Below, in pieces: positions 18,266 to 27,540 of a stretch of 47,618 nt of DNA. Within the stretch, counting starts at the first letter, position 1; each line of letters begins with the position of its first letter. The notes below the pieces were generated by a model. It ran no database searches. It was not told the origin of the DNA and saw nothing but the letters and a program-made list of their open reading frames with translations. The stretch spans positions 1-47,618 of the forward strand of contig JAYVCD010000112.1 of the NCBI GenBank assembly GCA_043750125.1, given 5' to 3'. The position numbers were made by a program, and so were the translations under genes. The DNA is from Archangiaceae bacterium (GTDB taxonomy: Bacteria > Myxococcota > Myxococcia > Myxococcales > Myxococcaceae).

Positions 18266-19992
18266 TTGATGATCGTGGTGCAGGTGCAGCTGCCCGTCGC
18301 GCCGCAGGGGTTGCCCACGGTGTCGAGGCAGAAGTTTCCCACGCAGCACGGCGAGCTGGTCGAGCAGGTCTGCCCGGTGTTCGCGCAGGCGGAAACTCCG
18401 CAGGTACCCGAGGTCGAACCGCTGGGCTTGTTGCAACCCAGGCCCGAGCAGCAGTCGGCGGATGCAGTGCAAACCTGACCCAACGGAGAGCACAGCTGCG
18501 CCGGCTGGCAGATTTTTGCTCCGCCATCGGTGGTGGTGCAGATGCCAGCGCAGCACTCAGCCGAAGCTGCACAGGTCGTCCCATTCGACTTGCAGACGCC
18601 GGCGTCGACCGGAGCCCCACCGTCGGCCATCGGAATTAGCGGCAGCCGGCACGCGAAGGTGGTCGACAGCTCGCCGATCGAAGCCGCGCAGAGTGTCCCG
18701 GCGCAGCAGGCCGTGCCCGCTCCGCCGTCCGGGCCGGCACAGTTGGAACCCAGCGGCGCACAGGTCGGCACCACCGCGCAGGTCAAACCGCCGCCCCCAT
18801 CGGCATTGGGCAGACACGGAGAGCCGCCGCAGCATTGATCTTTGAACTGGCACGACTGGCCCGCCCCGATGCAGCAAGGCGCCACGCCGGTGTACCCGGT
18901 GGGGCACGTGCCGCTGCCGCCACCGAAGCAGCGGGGGATGCCCGAGCTGTCGAGCTTGCAGACGTCTTTCATCCCTTCGCAGCAGTCCTGGGAGGCGTTG
19001 ATTTTTCCGCCGTCGCGCAGCACCGGAGCGCCGCAGATGTTTCCCAGGCCATTGCACGACTGGCCGTTGTCGCAGCGGCTGGTGCCCGGGTCACACACGA
19101 CATTGCCTTGCGCCGGAGCTCCTCCGCAGCAGGCCACCGTCGACAGACACGAGTTGCCTGTCAGGCGGCATCCGGTCGCCGGAGCACAGACGGTTGCGCC
19201 CGCTCCGAGGTCGACACAGGTGCGGGAGCAGCACCCCGTTCCTCCACTGCACGGGTTCCCGTCCTGGGTGCAGCCTCCGCCGCCGCCGCCGGTGAGCAAT
19301 CGGCAGAAGCCCGAGCCGCCGTCATTGACCGAGCACGCCAGGCCGCAGCAGTCTGCGTTCTTCCCACAGAGGTCTCCGGTCGCCTGGCAGGAATACGCCG
19401 GCGCACAGAAGCCCCCCTTGCAGTTGGTCGAGCAACAGTTGGCGCCGGTGGTACAGGCCTGGCCCACCGCTTTGCAACCGGTGCCGCCGACGATCGCCGC
19501 GCACGAGGCGGTGGTTCCACCATCGGTCCCCGACCCGGTGGTCGAGCAGTTGCGGGTGCAGCACTCGGCGCCCGTAGCGCACGAAGTGCTCACGTCCTTG
19601 CACTGGGTGGCCGAACAGCTTCCTGCGGTGCAGAGGTTGGTGCAGCACTCGGTCGAAGTCAGACAGCTGTATCCGGAGGTCTTGCAGAAGCTCTGCTGGG
19701 TGCACACGCCGCTGGCGCTGCAGGAGGCTGAACAGCACTCGCCGCCCGCAGAGCACAACTGGCCCACGACCTTGCAGCCTCCGTCATTGTAGCCTCCCGC
19801 CCCTCCAATCCCGCCGCCGGTTCCTGCCATGCCGCCGCCCGTTCCTGCGGTGCCGCCGCCAGTTCCTGAGTTTCCACCTGAGCCTCCGGCGCCCCCTCCT
19901 GTACCTCCTGGGGGAGTGGGGCTGCAGTTACAGCCGGAGATCAAGGCGACCAGCAGAATGGCTGCACAGCGAAATTGGGCGCGCGTCGTCAT
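18262..19992 (-). CDS. Cys-rich lipoprotein of about 13 tandem C-X6-C-X5-CC-X3-C-Xn-C (knottin-like) repeats (576 aa)
   Basis: GAGGGA RBS before ATG 19992; lipobox ISGC; Gly-rich linker; repeats read from the translation. Confidence 0.85.
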   Translation of the reverse strand: MTTRAQFRCAAILLVALISGCNCSPTPPGGTGGGAGGSGGNSGTGGGTAGTGGGMAGTGGGIGGAGGYNDGGCKVVGQLCSAGGECCSASCSASGVCTQQSFCKTSGYSCLTSTECCTNLCTAGSCSATQCKDVSTSCATGAECCTRNCSTTGSGTDGGTTASCAAIVGGTGCKAVGQACTTGANCCSTNCKGGFCAPAYSCQATGDLCGKNADCCGLACSVNDGGSGFCRLLTGGGGGGCTQDGNPCSGGTGCCSRTCVDLGAGATVCAPATGCRLTGNSCLSTVACCGGAPAQGNVVCDPGTSRCDNGQSCNGLGNICGAPVLRDGGKINASQDCCEGMKDVCKLDSSGIPRCFGGGSGTCPTGYTGVAPCCIGAGQSCQFKDQCCGGSPCLPNADGGGGLTCAVVPTCAPLGSNCAGPDGGAGTACCAGTLCAASIGELSTTFACRLPLIPMADGGAPVDAGVCKSNGTTCAASAECCAGICTTTDGGAKICQPAQLCSPLGQVCTASADCCSGLGCNKPSGSTSGTCGVSACANTGQTCSTSSPCCVGNFCLDTVGNPCGATGSCTCTTIIN

Positions 19993-20200
19993 TTGGTGTT
20001 CCCTCAGTTTGAGATTCGAATTGCTGCGGCTCTCTCGAAAAAACCGCACGCCACTTTCTGTCCGCCGGCACGGGGGAAGAAATCGCGTCGATTGTACCTG
20101 AGAATTCCTAAAGCGAATCTTTCCTACCCACCCCGACACGGGCGGTGGAGTGCGCAAAGTTCGCGCTGGGCCCCACCGAGGTCGTCCGTTAGTTTTAGCC

Positions 20201-20707
20201 ATGCTCCGAACCCTCACTTCAGTGTGGATGTGCGCGGTGGTTCTCTTTTTTGGGGGCTGCAAAGACAAGCCAAAGCCCGAAGTGACCGAGAAGAAACGGG
20301 CCGCTCCCCTCGCTGGGCTTCCGATGGCGGCGAACATCGCTGAACAGCTTCAAGGCGAAGCTGCGGCCCGACCCAAAGAGGCCCTTCGAACAGAGACGGT
20401 GATCGAGGCGCTGGCGAAGGCCCAGATCGCCCTGACCGACAACAAGCAGTTCATCGCCCGTACGGTGCTGGCGAACTATTGCTTCGGCGGCACGACCGCC
20501 CAGGCCACCGCGGTGACGGTGTGTGAATACTCTTCGGTGGAAGCGGCGAAGGAAGGCCTCGAGCATTCGCAAAAGCAGTTCGTCGGAATTCCAAATCGAA
20601 CGCTGACTCAGAACAAACAGACGGTGCTCACGCTGGTGCGCGGAATGGACACTCCCCAGACGAAGGCAGAGGCCGAGAAGGCAATCGAAGTCTTCAGCAA
20701 GTTGTGA
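20201..20707 (+). CDS. Hypothetical lipoprotein (168 aa)
   Basis: Signal with FFGGC lipobox-like motif; TGATG overlap with the next gene. Confidence 0.7.
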   Translation: MLRTLTSVWMCAVVLFFGGCKDKPKPEVTEKKRAAPLAGLPMAANIAEQLQGEAAARPKEALRTETVIEALAKAQIALTDNKQFIARTVLANYCFGGTTAQATAVTVCEYSSVEAAKEGLEHSQKQFVGIPNRTLTQNKQTVLTLVRGMDTPQTKAEAEKAIEVFSKL

Positions 20708-21795
20708 TGCGGGCAGTGCGCCTGGAAGAACTTTCCGTCGAGGCGCTCAGCGTGCCCACCGTGGATCCGTTCGTGATCGCGACCGGGCAGGTGCAGGCCA
20801 CGCGCAGCGTGCTGGTGAAGGTCACGCTCTGTGACGACGCGGGGCTTCGCGGACGCGGGCTGGGAGAGGGAGCCTGTCTGCCGCCGGTGACGCGCGAAGA
20901 TCAACCCGACGCGCTGTTGGCTGTGACGCGTGCCTCGCCCCGGTTGCTCAATCAGAAGTGGACGGACCTCGCCCAATTGGTGACCGCGCTCGTTCTCGAA
21001 TTGCCTGACACGCCCGTCGCCCGCGCAGGAATCGAGATGGCCGTGCTCGATGCGTGGGCCCGGCTCGAAGGGCTGCCGCTGTGGCGGTTCCTCGGGGGCA
21101 GCGGAGCTCCGCCGGCGCTCGTCACCGACATGACACTGCCCATTCTTCCCCCGGCGCGAATGGTCGAGCTCGCGTTGCAGTGGCGCGCCCTGGGCTTCAC
21201 CGCGTTCAAGGTGAAAGTCGGCAAGTCGATCGACGCAGATCTGCGCGTGCTGGAACAGTTGGTCCGGGCGGTCCCCGGGGTGACCTGGCGCCCCGACGCC
21301 AACGGGGGCCTCACCGTGGAAGAGGCGCTGACCTGGGCGAAGGCAGCCGCTCGGCTGGGCGCCACGCTGGAATGCTTCGAGCAGCCGTGTCGCACCGTCG
21401 CCGAGCTCAAAGAAGTAGCGGCGCAGCTCGAGGTGCCGGTGCTCGCCGACGAATCCGTGCAGTCGATGGAAGACTTCTTCGAGGTCAAAGACGCCGGCGC
21501 CGCTGACGGCGTGAACCTGAAGATCGCCAAGTCGGGCGGGCTGATGAACGCGTTCTTCATCGGGGCCGCCGCGCGCGCCTACGGAATGTCCCGAATGGTG
21601 GGGGGAATGGTCGAGACCCGCCTGGGGATGACCGCGGCGGCCCACCTCGCGGCGGCACTCGGAGGGGTCGAGTTCTGCGATCTCGATACCGCCTGGCTTC
21701 TGGCCGAAGACCCATTCGTCGGCGGCTACCAGGCCGACGGTCCCCGCTACAGCCTGCCGAATGCCCCGGGGCTGGGCGTGGCTCCCAAAGGCTGA
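20707..21795 (+). CDS. Dipeptide epimerase (L-Ala-D/L-Glu epimerase family, enolase superfamily)
   Basis: PFVIATG, GLGE, FKVKVG, DANGG, EQP, LADES, NLKIAKSGG, DLD. Confidence 0.9.
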   Translation: MRAVRLEELSVEALSVPTVDPFVIATGQVQATRSVLVKVTLCDDAGLRGRGLGEGACLPPVTREDQPDALLAVTRASPRLLNQKWTDLAQLVTALVLELPDTPVARAGIEMAVLDAWARLEGLPLWRFLGGSGAPPALVTDMTLPILPPARMVELALQWRALGFTAFKVKVGKSIDADLRVLEQLVRAVPGVTWRPDANGGLTVEEALTWAKAAARLGATLECFEQPCRTVAELKEVAAQLEVPVLADESVQSMEDFFEVKDAGAADGVNLKIAKSGGLMNAFFIGAAARAYGMSRMVGGMVETRLGMTAAAHLAAALGGVEFCDLDTAWLLAEDPFVGGYQADGPRYSLPNAPGLGVAPKG

Positions 21796-21812
21796 TACCC
21801 ACCTGAAAAGCC

Positions 21813-22871
21813 GTGCCCTTGCTCAACCTCAAGACCCAGGACCTCGACGGTCTGACCGCTGCGCTGATTCCGGCGAACGCCAGCGGCGTCGCAGTGCTCA
21901 AGGTGTTCGCCTCGGTCTTCGCTCACCGGGCGCAGAGCATGGCCGATGTCCGCAAAGCGAAGCAGGTTCCCGCTGCAGTGCGCGATTGGGTTCAGGCCCA
22001 CGCCGAATTGCCCTCGCTTCAAATCATCGAGCGTCGCCGGGCCGACGATGGCTTTGTGAAGTACCTGTTCGAGTCTCCCCGGGGCGGCCGGATCGAAGCG
22101 GTGCGGATTCCCATCTTCGAAGACAAGTACATCGTCTGTGTTTCCTCGCAGGTCGGCTGCGCGCTGGGGTGCGACTTCTGCATGACGGGGAAGATGGGCT
22201 TCAGCCGCAACCTCGAGGCCTGGGAAATTCTCGACCAGGTGCTGCAGATTCGCACCGAGGCCGACCGTCCAGTCCGCGGAGTGGTCTTCATGGGCATGGG
22301 CGAGCCGCTGCTCAACTACGTCGAAGCGACGAAGGCCGCGCGCGTGATGTGCCACCCGGCGGGGCTGGCCATCTCGTCGAAGAGCATCACGTTCTCGACG
22401 GCGGGCTGGGTTCCGGGCATTCGTCGGTACATCGCCGAAGAGGTTCCGTACCGGCTCGCGTTCAGCATCACGTCGGCGATTGCTGAGAAGCGGGCGCAGC
22501 TGTTGCCCGTCGAGAAGACGTGGCCGCTGGCGAGCCTGGTGGAAGAAATTCGCACCTACGCTTCGTCGCGGCGCGAGCGGGCGATGCTCGCGTACGTGAT
22601 GATTTCCGGCTTCAACACCGGGCGTGAAGATGCCGAGGCGCTGGCCCGCGTTTTCGCCGGCATCCCGGTGAAGATTGATCTCATCGACGTGACGGACCCG
22701 ACCGGCAAATACCAGCCTCCCGACGCTGCAGAGCTGGCGGCGTTTCGCGACTACCTCCAGGTGGTCAAAGCACCCATCGCCCGGCGGTACTCGGGCGGCA
22801 AAGACATCGGAGCGGCGTGCGGCACCCTCGATGCGTCACAGCGCGGTGGCACCCTGCTCGCGGCGATCTGA
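21813..22871 (+). CDS. RlmN/Cfr-family radical SAM methyltransferase, divergent paralogue
   Basis: CVSSQVGCALGCDFCMTG (CX3CX2C), VFMGMGEPLLN, DIGAACG. Confidence 0.85.
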   Translation: MPLLNLKTQDLDGLTAALIPANASGVAVLKVFASVFAHRAQSMADVRKAKQVPAAVRDWVQAHAELPSLQIIERRRADDGFVKYLFESPRGGRIEAVRIPIFEDKYIVCVSSQVGCALGCDFCMTGKMGFSRNLEAWEILDQVLQIRTEADRPVRGVVFMGMGEPLLNYVEATKAARVMCHPAGLAISSKSITFSTAGWVPGIRRYIAEEVPYRLAFSITSAIAEKRAQLLPVEKTWPLASLVEEIRTYASSRRERAMLAYVMISGFNTGREDAEALARVFAGIPVKIDLIDVTDPTGKYQPPDAAELAAFRDYLQVVKAPIARRYSGGKDIGAACGTLDASQRGGTLLAAI

Positions 22872-22939
22872 ACCCTCGAGGTGACGCTCGGAGCATGGGG
22901 GGGGGACGGGGAGGCTCGCAGCTGCGCACAATCGGGCTC

Positions 22940-24595
22940 ATGAGACGGTTCCTCGTGCTGGGCCTGTTGTCCTCGACCGCGTTGGCGTCAGTGGTCGAGC
23001 CCTTTCCGGGTGTGAAGCTGGTGCGCACCGCGCAGTCCTCGATGGTGATCGCCAGCCTGTGCACGGCCGGGGTCACGGTGCGGGCGACGAAATACGCCGA
23101 GCGGCAGGGGACTCCAGAGCAATGGGCGCAGCGAGTCGGCGCCCAGGCCGCGATCAACGCCGACTTCTTCGATTTCCCCGGCTGGACCCGGGTGGTGGGT
23201 CGTGCCCGCGGCAACGGCGAAGACTGGCCCGCCGACAAACAATTCTCCGAGGCGCGCACCTATTGGCAGTTCGGGCAGAACGTGGCGGACCTGATCCAGA
23301 ACGCCAATCAGACTCCCGCTGCGCCGCCCGCGGTCACCGAGATTGTCGGCGGTCACAACATCCTGATTCGCAATGGCGTCTCGCTCGGCCCCACCTTCGA
23401 TGGCGACAGCGTGATCACCACGGCGCACCGCCGCACCGCGATCGGTCTGTCCAAGGACCGCCGCACCCTGTTCCTGTTCGCAAGCAACCTGAATCTCGAT
23501 GGCAACGGGCTGGTCGCACAGCTGGTCGCGCTGCAGCAGGAAGCGGGGGGCCCGACCATTGACGTAGCCACCAACGAGGACGGCGGAGGAAGCAGCCAGT
23601 TGTATGTTCAAGGGTTCGGCCAGGTGATCACCAGTGGTCGACAGGTGAACAACCACCTCGGCATCTTCGCGGGCGGCACCGGAACGCCGAACAACTGCAC
23701 CAACATTGCTCCGCGTGGAAACATCGATTCCGCGGGCTGCGATGGGGTGCACGGTTGGGCGCAGGACACCAACGTGCCGACCACCGCCATCGACGCGCAC
23801 GTCTATTTCGGGGGCCCCGCCGGAAGTGGCGCGACAGCAATCGCCACCCGAGCCGGAGATCGCCGGGCGGACCTGTGTGTTCCGCTGGGCAGCTGCGATC
23901 ACGCCTTCACCCTCGAGGCGCCGCGTTCCCTGCTCGATGGTCAGCCACACCCGATTCACGCCTATGCGATTGATTCCGAAGGTGGGCGGAACACCGAGCT
24001 GACTGGAAGCCCGAAGAGCCTCGTCTGCGGGGAACAGCCGCCCGCGGGTCGAACGCGCCACGTCGTGAATGGAGCGGTGTTTGCGGCCTGGAAGTTTTCG
24101 ATCTACCAGGACGTGCAGCCAAGGACCGAGGGCCAGCTGACTGCTTTTCAGCCGGGGCCTGATTTCTCGACGACGCCGAAGATGATTCGTGGAACGGGCA
24201 CGGCGACGGTCTACGTGATGGACGAAGGCTTCAAGCGCGCGCTGGCGGACCCGCCTACCGCCGCCCGCTGGCATCTGGACCTGGCGAAAGTAATTGAGCT
24301 GCCGTTGGCCGAGGTCGACGCGCTGCCGCTCGGACCCCCGCTGCGCAGCCGCCCGTTCCTGGTGAAGGGAACGGGTCCGGCGATCTTCCTGGTGGATGAC
24401 GCGCTTCCTGAATTTCTCCTCTACCCTGAGCCGCAGTTGTGGGGTGTTCCTGCCCCGGTGGCGTCAACGACGATGCCGATGCAGCCGGTCGATGGGGGCA
24501 AGCCGTCGAAAGAGCTGACCGGGGGCTGCGCTTCTGTGCCCGGAGGGTTGCTGAGTTTTGCGTTGATGCTGCTCGCCGTCCGACGCCGGCGATGA
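22940..24595 (+). CDS. Phosphodiester glycosidase (NAGPA-like) family protein with MYXO-CTERM anchor (551 aa)
   Basis: Signal peptide; AAINADFF, RTAIGLSKD, NEDGGGSSQL; GGC..PGG-hydrophobic-RRRR tail. Confidence 0.82.
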   Translation: MRRFLVLGLLSSTALASVVEPFPGVKLVRTAQSSMVIASLCTAGVTVRATKYAERQGTPEQWAQRVGAQAAINADFFDFPGWTRVVGRARGNGEDWPADKQFSEARTYWQFGQNVADLIQNANQTPAAPPAVTEIVGGHNILIRNGVSLGPTFDGDSVITTAHRRTAIGLSKDRRTLFLFASNLNLDGNGLVAQLVALQQEAGGPTIDVATNEDGGGSSQLYVQGFGQVITSGRQVNNHLGIFAGGTGTPNNCTNIAPRGNIDSAGCDGVHGWAQDTNVPTTAIDAHVYFGGPAGSGATAIATRAGDRRADLCVPLGSCDHAFTLEAPRSLLDGQPHPIHAYAIDSEGGRNTELTGSPKSLVCGEQPPAGRTRHVVNGAVFAAWKFSIYQDVQPRTEGQLTAFQPGPDFSTTPKMIRGTGTATVYVMDEGFKRALADPPTAARWHLDLAKVIELPLAEVDALPLGPPLRSRPFLVKGTGPAIFLVDDALPEFLLYPEPQLWGVPAPVASTTMPMQPVDGGKPSKELTGGCASVPGGLLSFALMLLAVRRRR

Positions 24596-25602
24596 TCTTC
24601 AGCACACTGCTCACGCTGGCCTTGAGTCAGTGTGGGCCGTACACCCGGACCCGGGTCATCGATGGCGATCCCCACTCGCACTGTCTGTACTGGCGCGAGA
24701 ACAGCCTGATTGAATGGCACATCAATGATCAAGGCAACCCTGAGAATGCGGGCGATGCCGGGTTTGTGGCCGTCGAAAGGGCACTCGCGACCTGGCAGAC
24801 CGAGCTGAGCGCATGCGGGTCGCTGGGGTTGCAGGTGGGCCCGCGCACGAGCTCTCGCCTGGCGGAATTCAACAAGACGTCGCCCTCCAATCAGAACGTC
24901 GTGCTGTGGCGCTTTCAGAATTGCGCCCAGGTCGTCAACGCAAACCACCCCTGCTGGATCCAGGGGCAATGCGGAAACCAGTTCGATTGCTGGCAACACA
25001 GCTCAGGCGCGCTGGCGATCACCACCACCAGCTTCGAGCCCACCACCGGTCGAATTCTCGACTCGGACATCGAGCTCAACGTCCCAGGCTTTCTGTTCAC
25101 CACGGTCGATTACCCGGTGTGCGTCAGCCCGAACTTCAACGTCAGTTGTGTCGCCACCGACATTCAGAACGCGCTCACCCACGAGTTTGGTCATTCGCTC
25201 GGGCTGGCCCACAACTGTCAGCCTGCTTCGACCCTGAGTGCGGCGACTGCGCCCGGTGAGCTGAGCAAGCGGTCGCTGGACCTCGGCAGCAGGCAAGCCG
25301 TTTGCGACATCTACCCCAGGGGCCAACCCTCGCTCGATTGTGGAACGGACGGAGGAACAGGCGGTGGAGCCGGCGGCGGAAGTGGGGGTGGAGTCGGAGG
25401 TGGCAGCGGTGGTGGCAGCGGCGGAGTCGGTGGTGGCAGCGGTGGTGGCAGCGGTGGAGGGGGCAGTGCACCGGTCAACCGGGGGTGCGGCTGCAACAGC
25501 GGTCCCGCCGGGTGGCTTGCAATCGTTCTACTCGCCCGCGTCCGGGGGCCACGCCAGCGACGCTCAGTTCAGACCGACGCTGTGAGCCTGCTGCCTGTCT
25601 GA
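24592..25602 (+). CDS. Matrixin-like zinc metalloprotease with Gly-rich stalk and MYXO-CTERM-like tail (336 aa)
   Basis: ALAITTTSF, ILDSDIELN, DIQNALTHEFGHSLGLAH (HExxHxxGxxH); GCGC + hydrophobic + basic tail; ATGA overlap. Confidence 0.87.
   Translation: MIFSTLLTLALSQCGPYTRTRVIDGDPHSHCLYWRENSLIEWHINDQGNPENAGDAGFVAVERALATWQTELSACGSLGLQVGPRTSSRLAEFNKTSPSNQNVVLWRFQNCAQVVNANHPCWIQGQCGNQFDCWQHSSGALAITTTSFEPTTGRILDSDIELNVPGFLFTTVDYPVCVSPNFNVSCVATDIQNALTHEFGHSLGLAHNCQPASTLSAATAPGELSKRSLDLGSRQAVCDIYPRGQPSLDCGTDGGTGGGAGGGSGGGVGGGSGGGSGGVGGGSGGGSGGGGSAPVNRGCGCNSGPAGWLAIVLLARVRGPRQRRSVQTDAVSLLPV
25351..25467 (+). repeat. Low-complexity coding repeat for a (GGGS)n stalk
   Basis: Repeated GGTGGCAGC / GGAGTCGG units. 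Confidence 0.8.
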
Positions 25603-25709
25603 GCGCACCTCGACGACCCCTTGGGGTTCATGCGCCGACCGTGCTCTCACAGGTTCGAGCTCGAGCGGGGTCGACGTTGCCAAGCTCACGCCTTCGATGA
25701 AGATTGCTC

Positions 25710-26606
25710 TCACTGAATCGGCAGCTTCTGCAGCTCGGCGCCCAGCTGTTCGAGCTGCGCCTGACGCGGGTGTTCGGCGCGCCAGATCAGCCGGAAAAAA
25801 TCGGTCAGCAGGCTCTGCGGCTTGAACAGTTGAGTCAGCCGCCCCTTCGCCAGATCTCCGCGCACGAAGTACCGCGGCAGCACGCCGACGCCGCCGCCGG
25901 TCAGGGCCTGTGCCCGCACCGCTGCAATCGTCCCCAGATGTTGCACGCGCTGAAAGCTCCACCGCTCGTCCCGGGGACGCGCATCGAGGAAGTACCGGAA
26001 GAGAGGCAAGTCGCCACTGATGTCCAGCAGTCGGTGATGGGACGCGTCTTCGGGTCGACGCAGCCGCGCAGTCCGCAGCAGCGAAGGGGCAGCGACGAAG
26101 ACGTAGGACTCTTCGTGCAGCACCGTGTACTTCAAGTTCGCTTCGACGAGCCGCGCACTGCTCACCGCGCAGTCGACGGTGCCTCTGCGCAGTGCACCGA
26201 GCATCTGCGCCGTATCGGCAAAGTGCAGGTGGACCGTGCGCTGAGGTCGATGCTGCTCGAGTTTCTCGAGCGCCGGCACCAGCCAGGACAGCCCCAGCTC
26301 GAAGCGGGTCGAGAGCACCAGCTCGTAGGCAGTCTCTTCCTCCCCTTTGGGGTTGAGGCACGCGCGCGCCGCTTCGAGCGCCACTCTCGCCCGGGGCCAC
26401 AGCGCCTGGCCTGCGGCAGTGAGCGCGACGTGGCGCGTGGTTCGCACGAACAGGGGGGCGGAAAGCTGCTCTTCGAGCCGCTTGATTCGATCGCTGAACG
26501 CAGCCGGAGACAGACACACCTGCGCCGACGCCGCGCGAAAGTTCAGCCGGCTCGCTGCCGCGTCGAAGCACCGCAGCGACTCGAGATCCGGTAGCGAAGG
26601 GTTCAC
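25710..26606 (-). CDS. LysR-family transcriptional regulator
   Basis: LNFRAASAQVCLSPAAFSDRIKRLEEQL..PLFVRTTRHVALT.AG; GTGA overlap with the anti-sigma gene. Confidence 0.93.
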   Translation of the reverse strand: MNPSLPDLESLRCFDAAASRLNFRAASAQVCLSPAAFSDRIKRLEEQLSAPLFVRTTRHVALTAAGQALWPRARVALEAARACLNPKGEEETAYELVLSTRFELGLSWLVPALEKLEQHRPQRTVHLHFADTAQMLGALRRGTVDCAVSSARLVEANLKYTVLHEESYVFVAAPSLLRTARLRRPEDASHHRLLDISGDLPLFRYFLDARPRDERWSFQRVQHLGTIAAVRAQALTGGGVGVLPRYFVRGDLAKGRLTQLFKPQSLLTDFFRLIWRAEHPRQAQLEQLGAELQKLPIQ

Positions 26607-26842
26607 GCTTTTCGAAGCGAATTGCGCAGAAAGGACATCAGCCGGTCTGCCACTTCTTTCGGCATTTTCGCTCGCAGCAGCGCTTTACGACACATCGGCG
26701 CGGTGTCGCGGTACTGCTTCAAGAACTCTTCGCACAAAGTGCAACCGTGAAAATGCTGGTCCAGGTGTCGCTTCACTTCGGGCGGCAGCTCGCCGTCGAG
26801 GTACTCAAGCAACTTGTCGATGGAGTCTTTGCAGTTGAACAT
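26603..26842 (-). CDS. Small soluble zinc-finger (zf-HC2/ZAS) anti-sigma factor (79 aa)
   Basis: C..SIDKLLEYLDGEL and H-X3-C-X2-C (HFHGCTLC); downstream of an ECF sigma. Confidence 0.88.
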   Translation of the reverse strand: MFNCKDSIDKLLEYLDGELPPEVKRHLDQHFHGCTLCEEFLKQYRDTAPMCRKALLRAKMPKEVADRLMSFLRNSLRKA

Positions 26843-26899
26843 GCAGCTTGGAAAAACCCCTTGAGTGACCCCAATAGATGCGCCTGCGGGCACTCCGTT

Positions 26900-27535
26900 T
26901 CAATCTGATGATTCCACGTCTTGGTAGAAAGCGTCGATGGCTGAGCGCATCGACAGCCGCGCCCGATGCAGCCGGCTCTTGACCGCCGGCACGGAATCCC
27001 CAGTGATTTCGCCGATCTCCTCATAGGACAGCCCGTCTACATCTTTGAGCAAAAAGACTTGCCGGTACTCCTCGGGCAGCGCATCGGTCGCCTGCCCAAT
27101 CGCCTGCGAAAGCTCGGCATCGAGAGTCTGGCTCAGAGCGTCGCTCTTCCAGTCGGCGACCTCGTCCATCATCGAGCCGCGCTCATTGAACTGGGGCGAC
27201 TCGAGGCTCGCTTCGACCTGGTTGACCACTTTGCGATGACGCAACCGCATCAGCGTCTGGTTGGCTGCAATCCGGTTGAGCCAGGCGATCAGCGCGGGCG
27301 TCGTCGTGCCCTTGAAACCCGAAAAGTTCCGCCACGCCGACAGAAAAACTTCCTGGGTAATCTCAGCGGCGTCTGCTTCCGAGCGCATCATTCGCAGGGC
27401 CAGGCCGTAGACGCGATCTCGGTGAAGCTCGACCAGCTTCTCGAACGCACTCAGCTCACCCGTCTGAGCTTGCTTGAGCAGAAGGTCTTCTTCGAGGGCC
27501 TCCACGAGGGGGCGCAGGTTGAGTGGGGAGAGCAT
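26900..27535 (-). CDS. ECF (sigma70 group 4) RNA polymerase sigma factor; alternative GTG start at 27505
   Basis: AFEKLV..HRDRVY, DAAEITQEVF, WLNRIAAN, LPEEYRQVFLLKDVDGLSYEEI, VKSRLHRAR. Confidence 0.92.
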   Translation of the reverse strand: MLSPLNLRPLVEALEEDLLLKQAQTGELSAFEKLVELHRDRVYGLALRMMRSEADAAEITQEVFLSAWRNFSGFKGTTTPALIAWLNRIAANQTLMRLRHRKVVNQVEASLESPQFNERGSMMDEVADWKSDALSQTLDAELSQAIGQATDALPEEYRQVFLLKDVDGLSYEEIGEITGDSVPAVKSRLHRARLSMRSAIDAFYQDVESSD

Positions 27536-27540
27536 GCGCG

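Noticed and set aside
18530-19792. Plus-strand ORFs with regular QH/QQ repeats (and similar minus-strand ORFs at 39335-41149)
   Set aside because: They are the reverse complement of the Cys codons in the real Cys-repeat genes.
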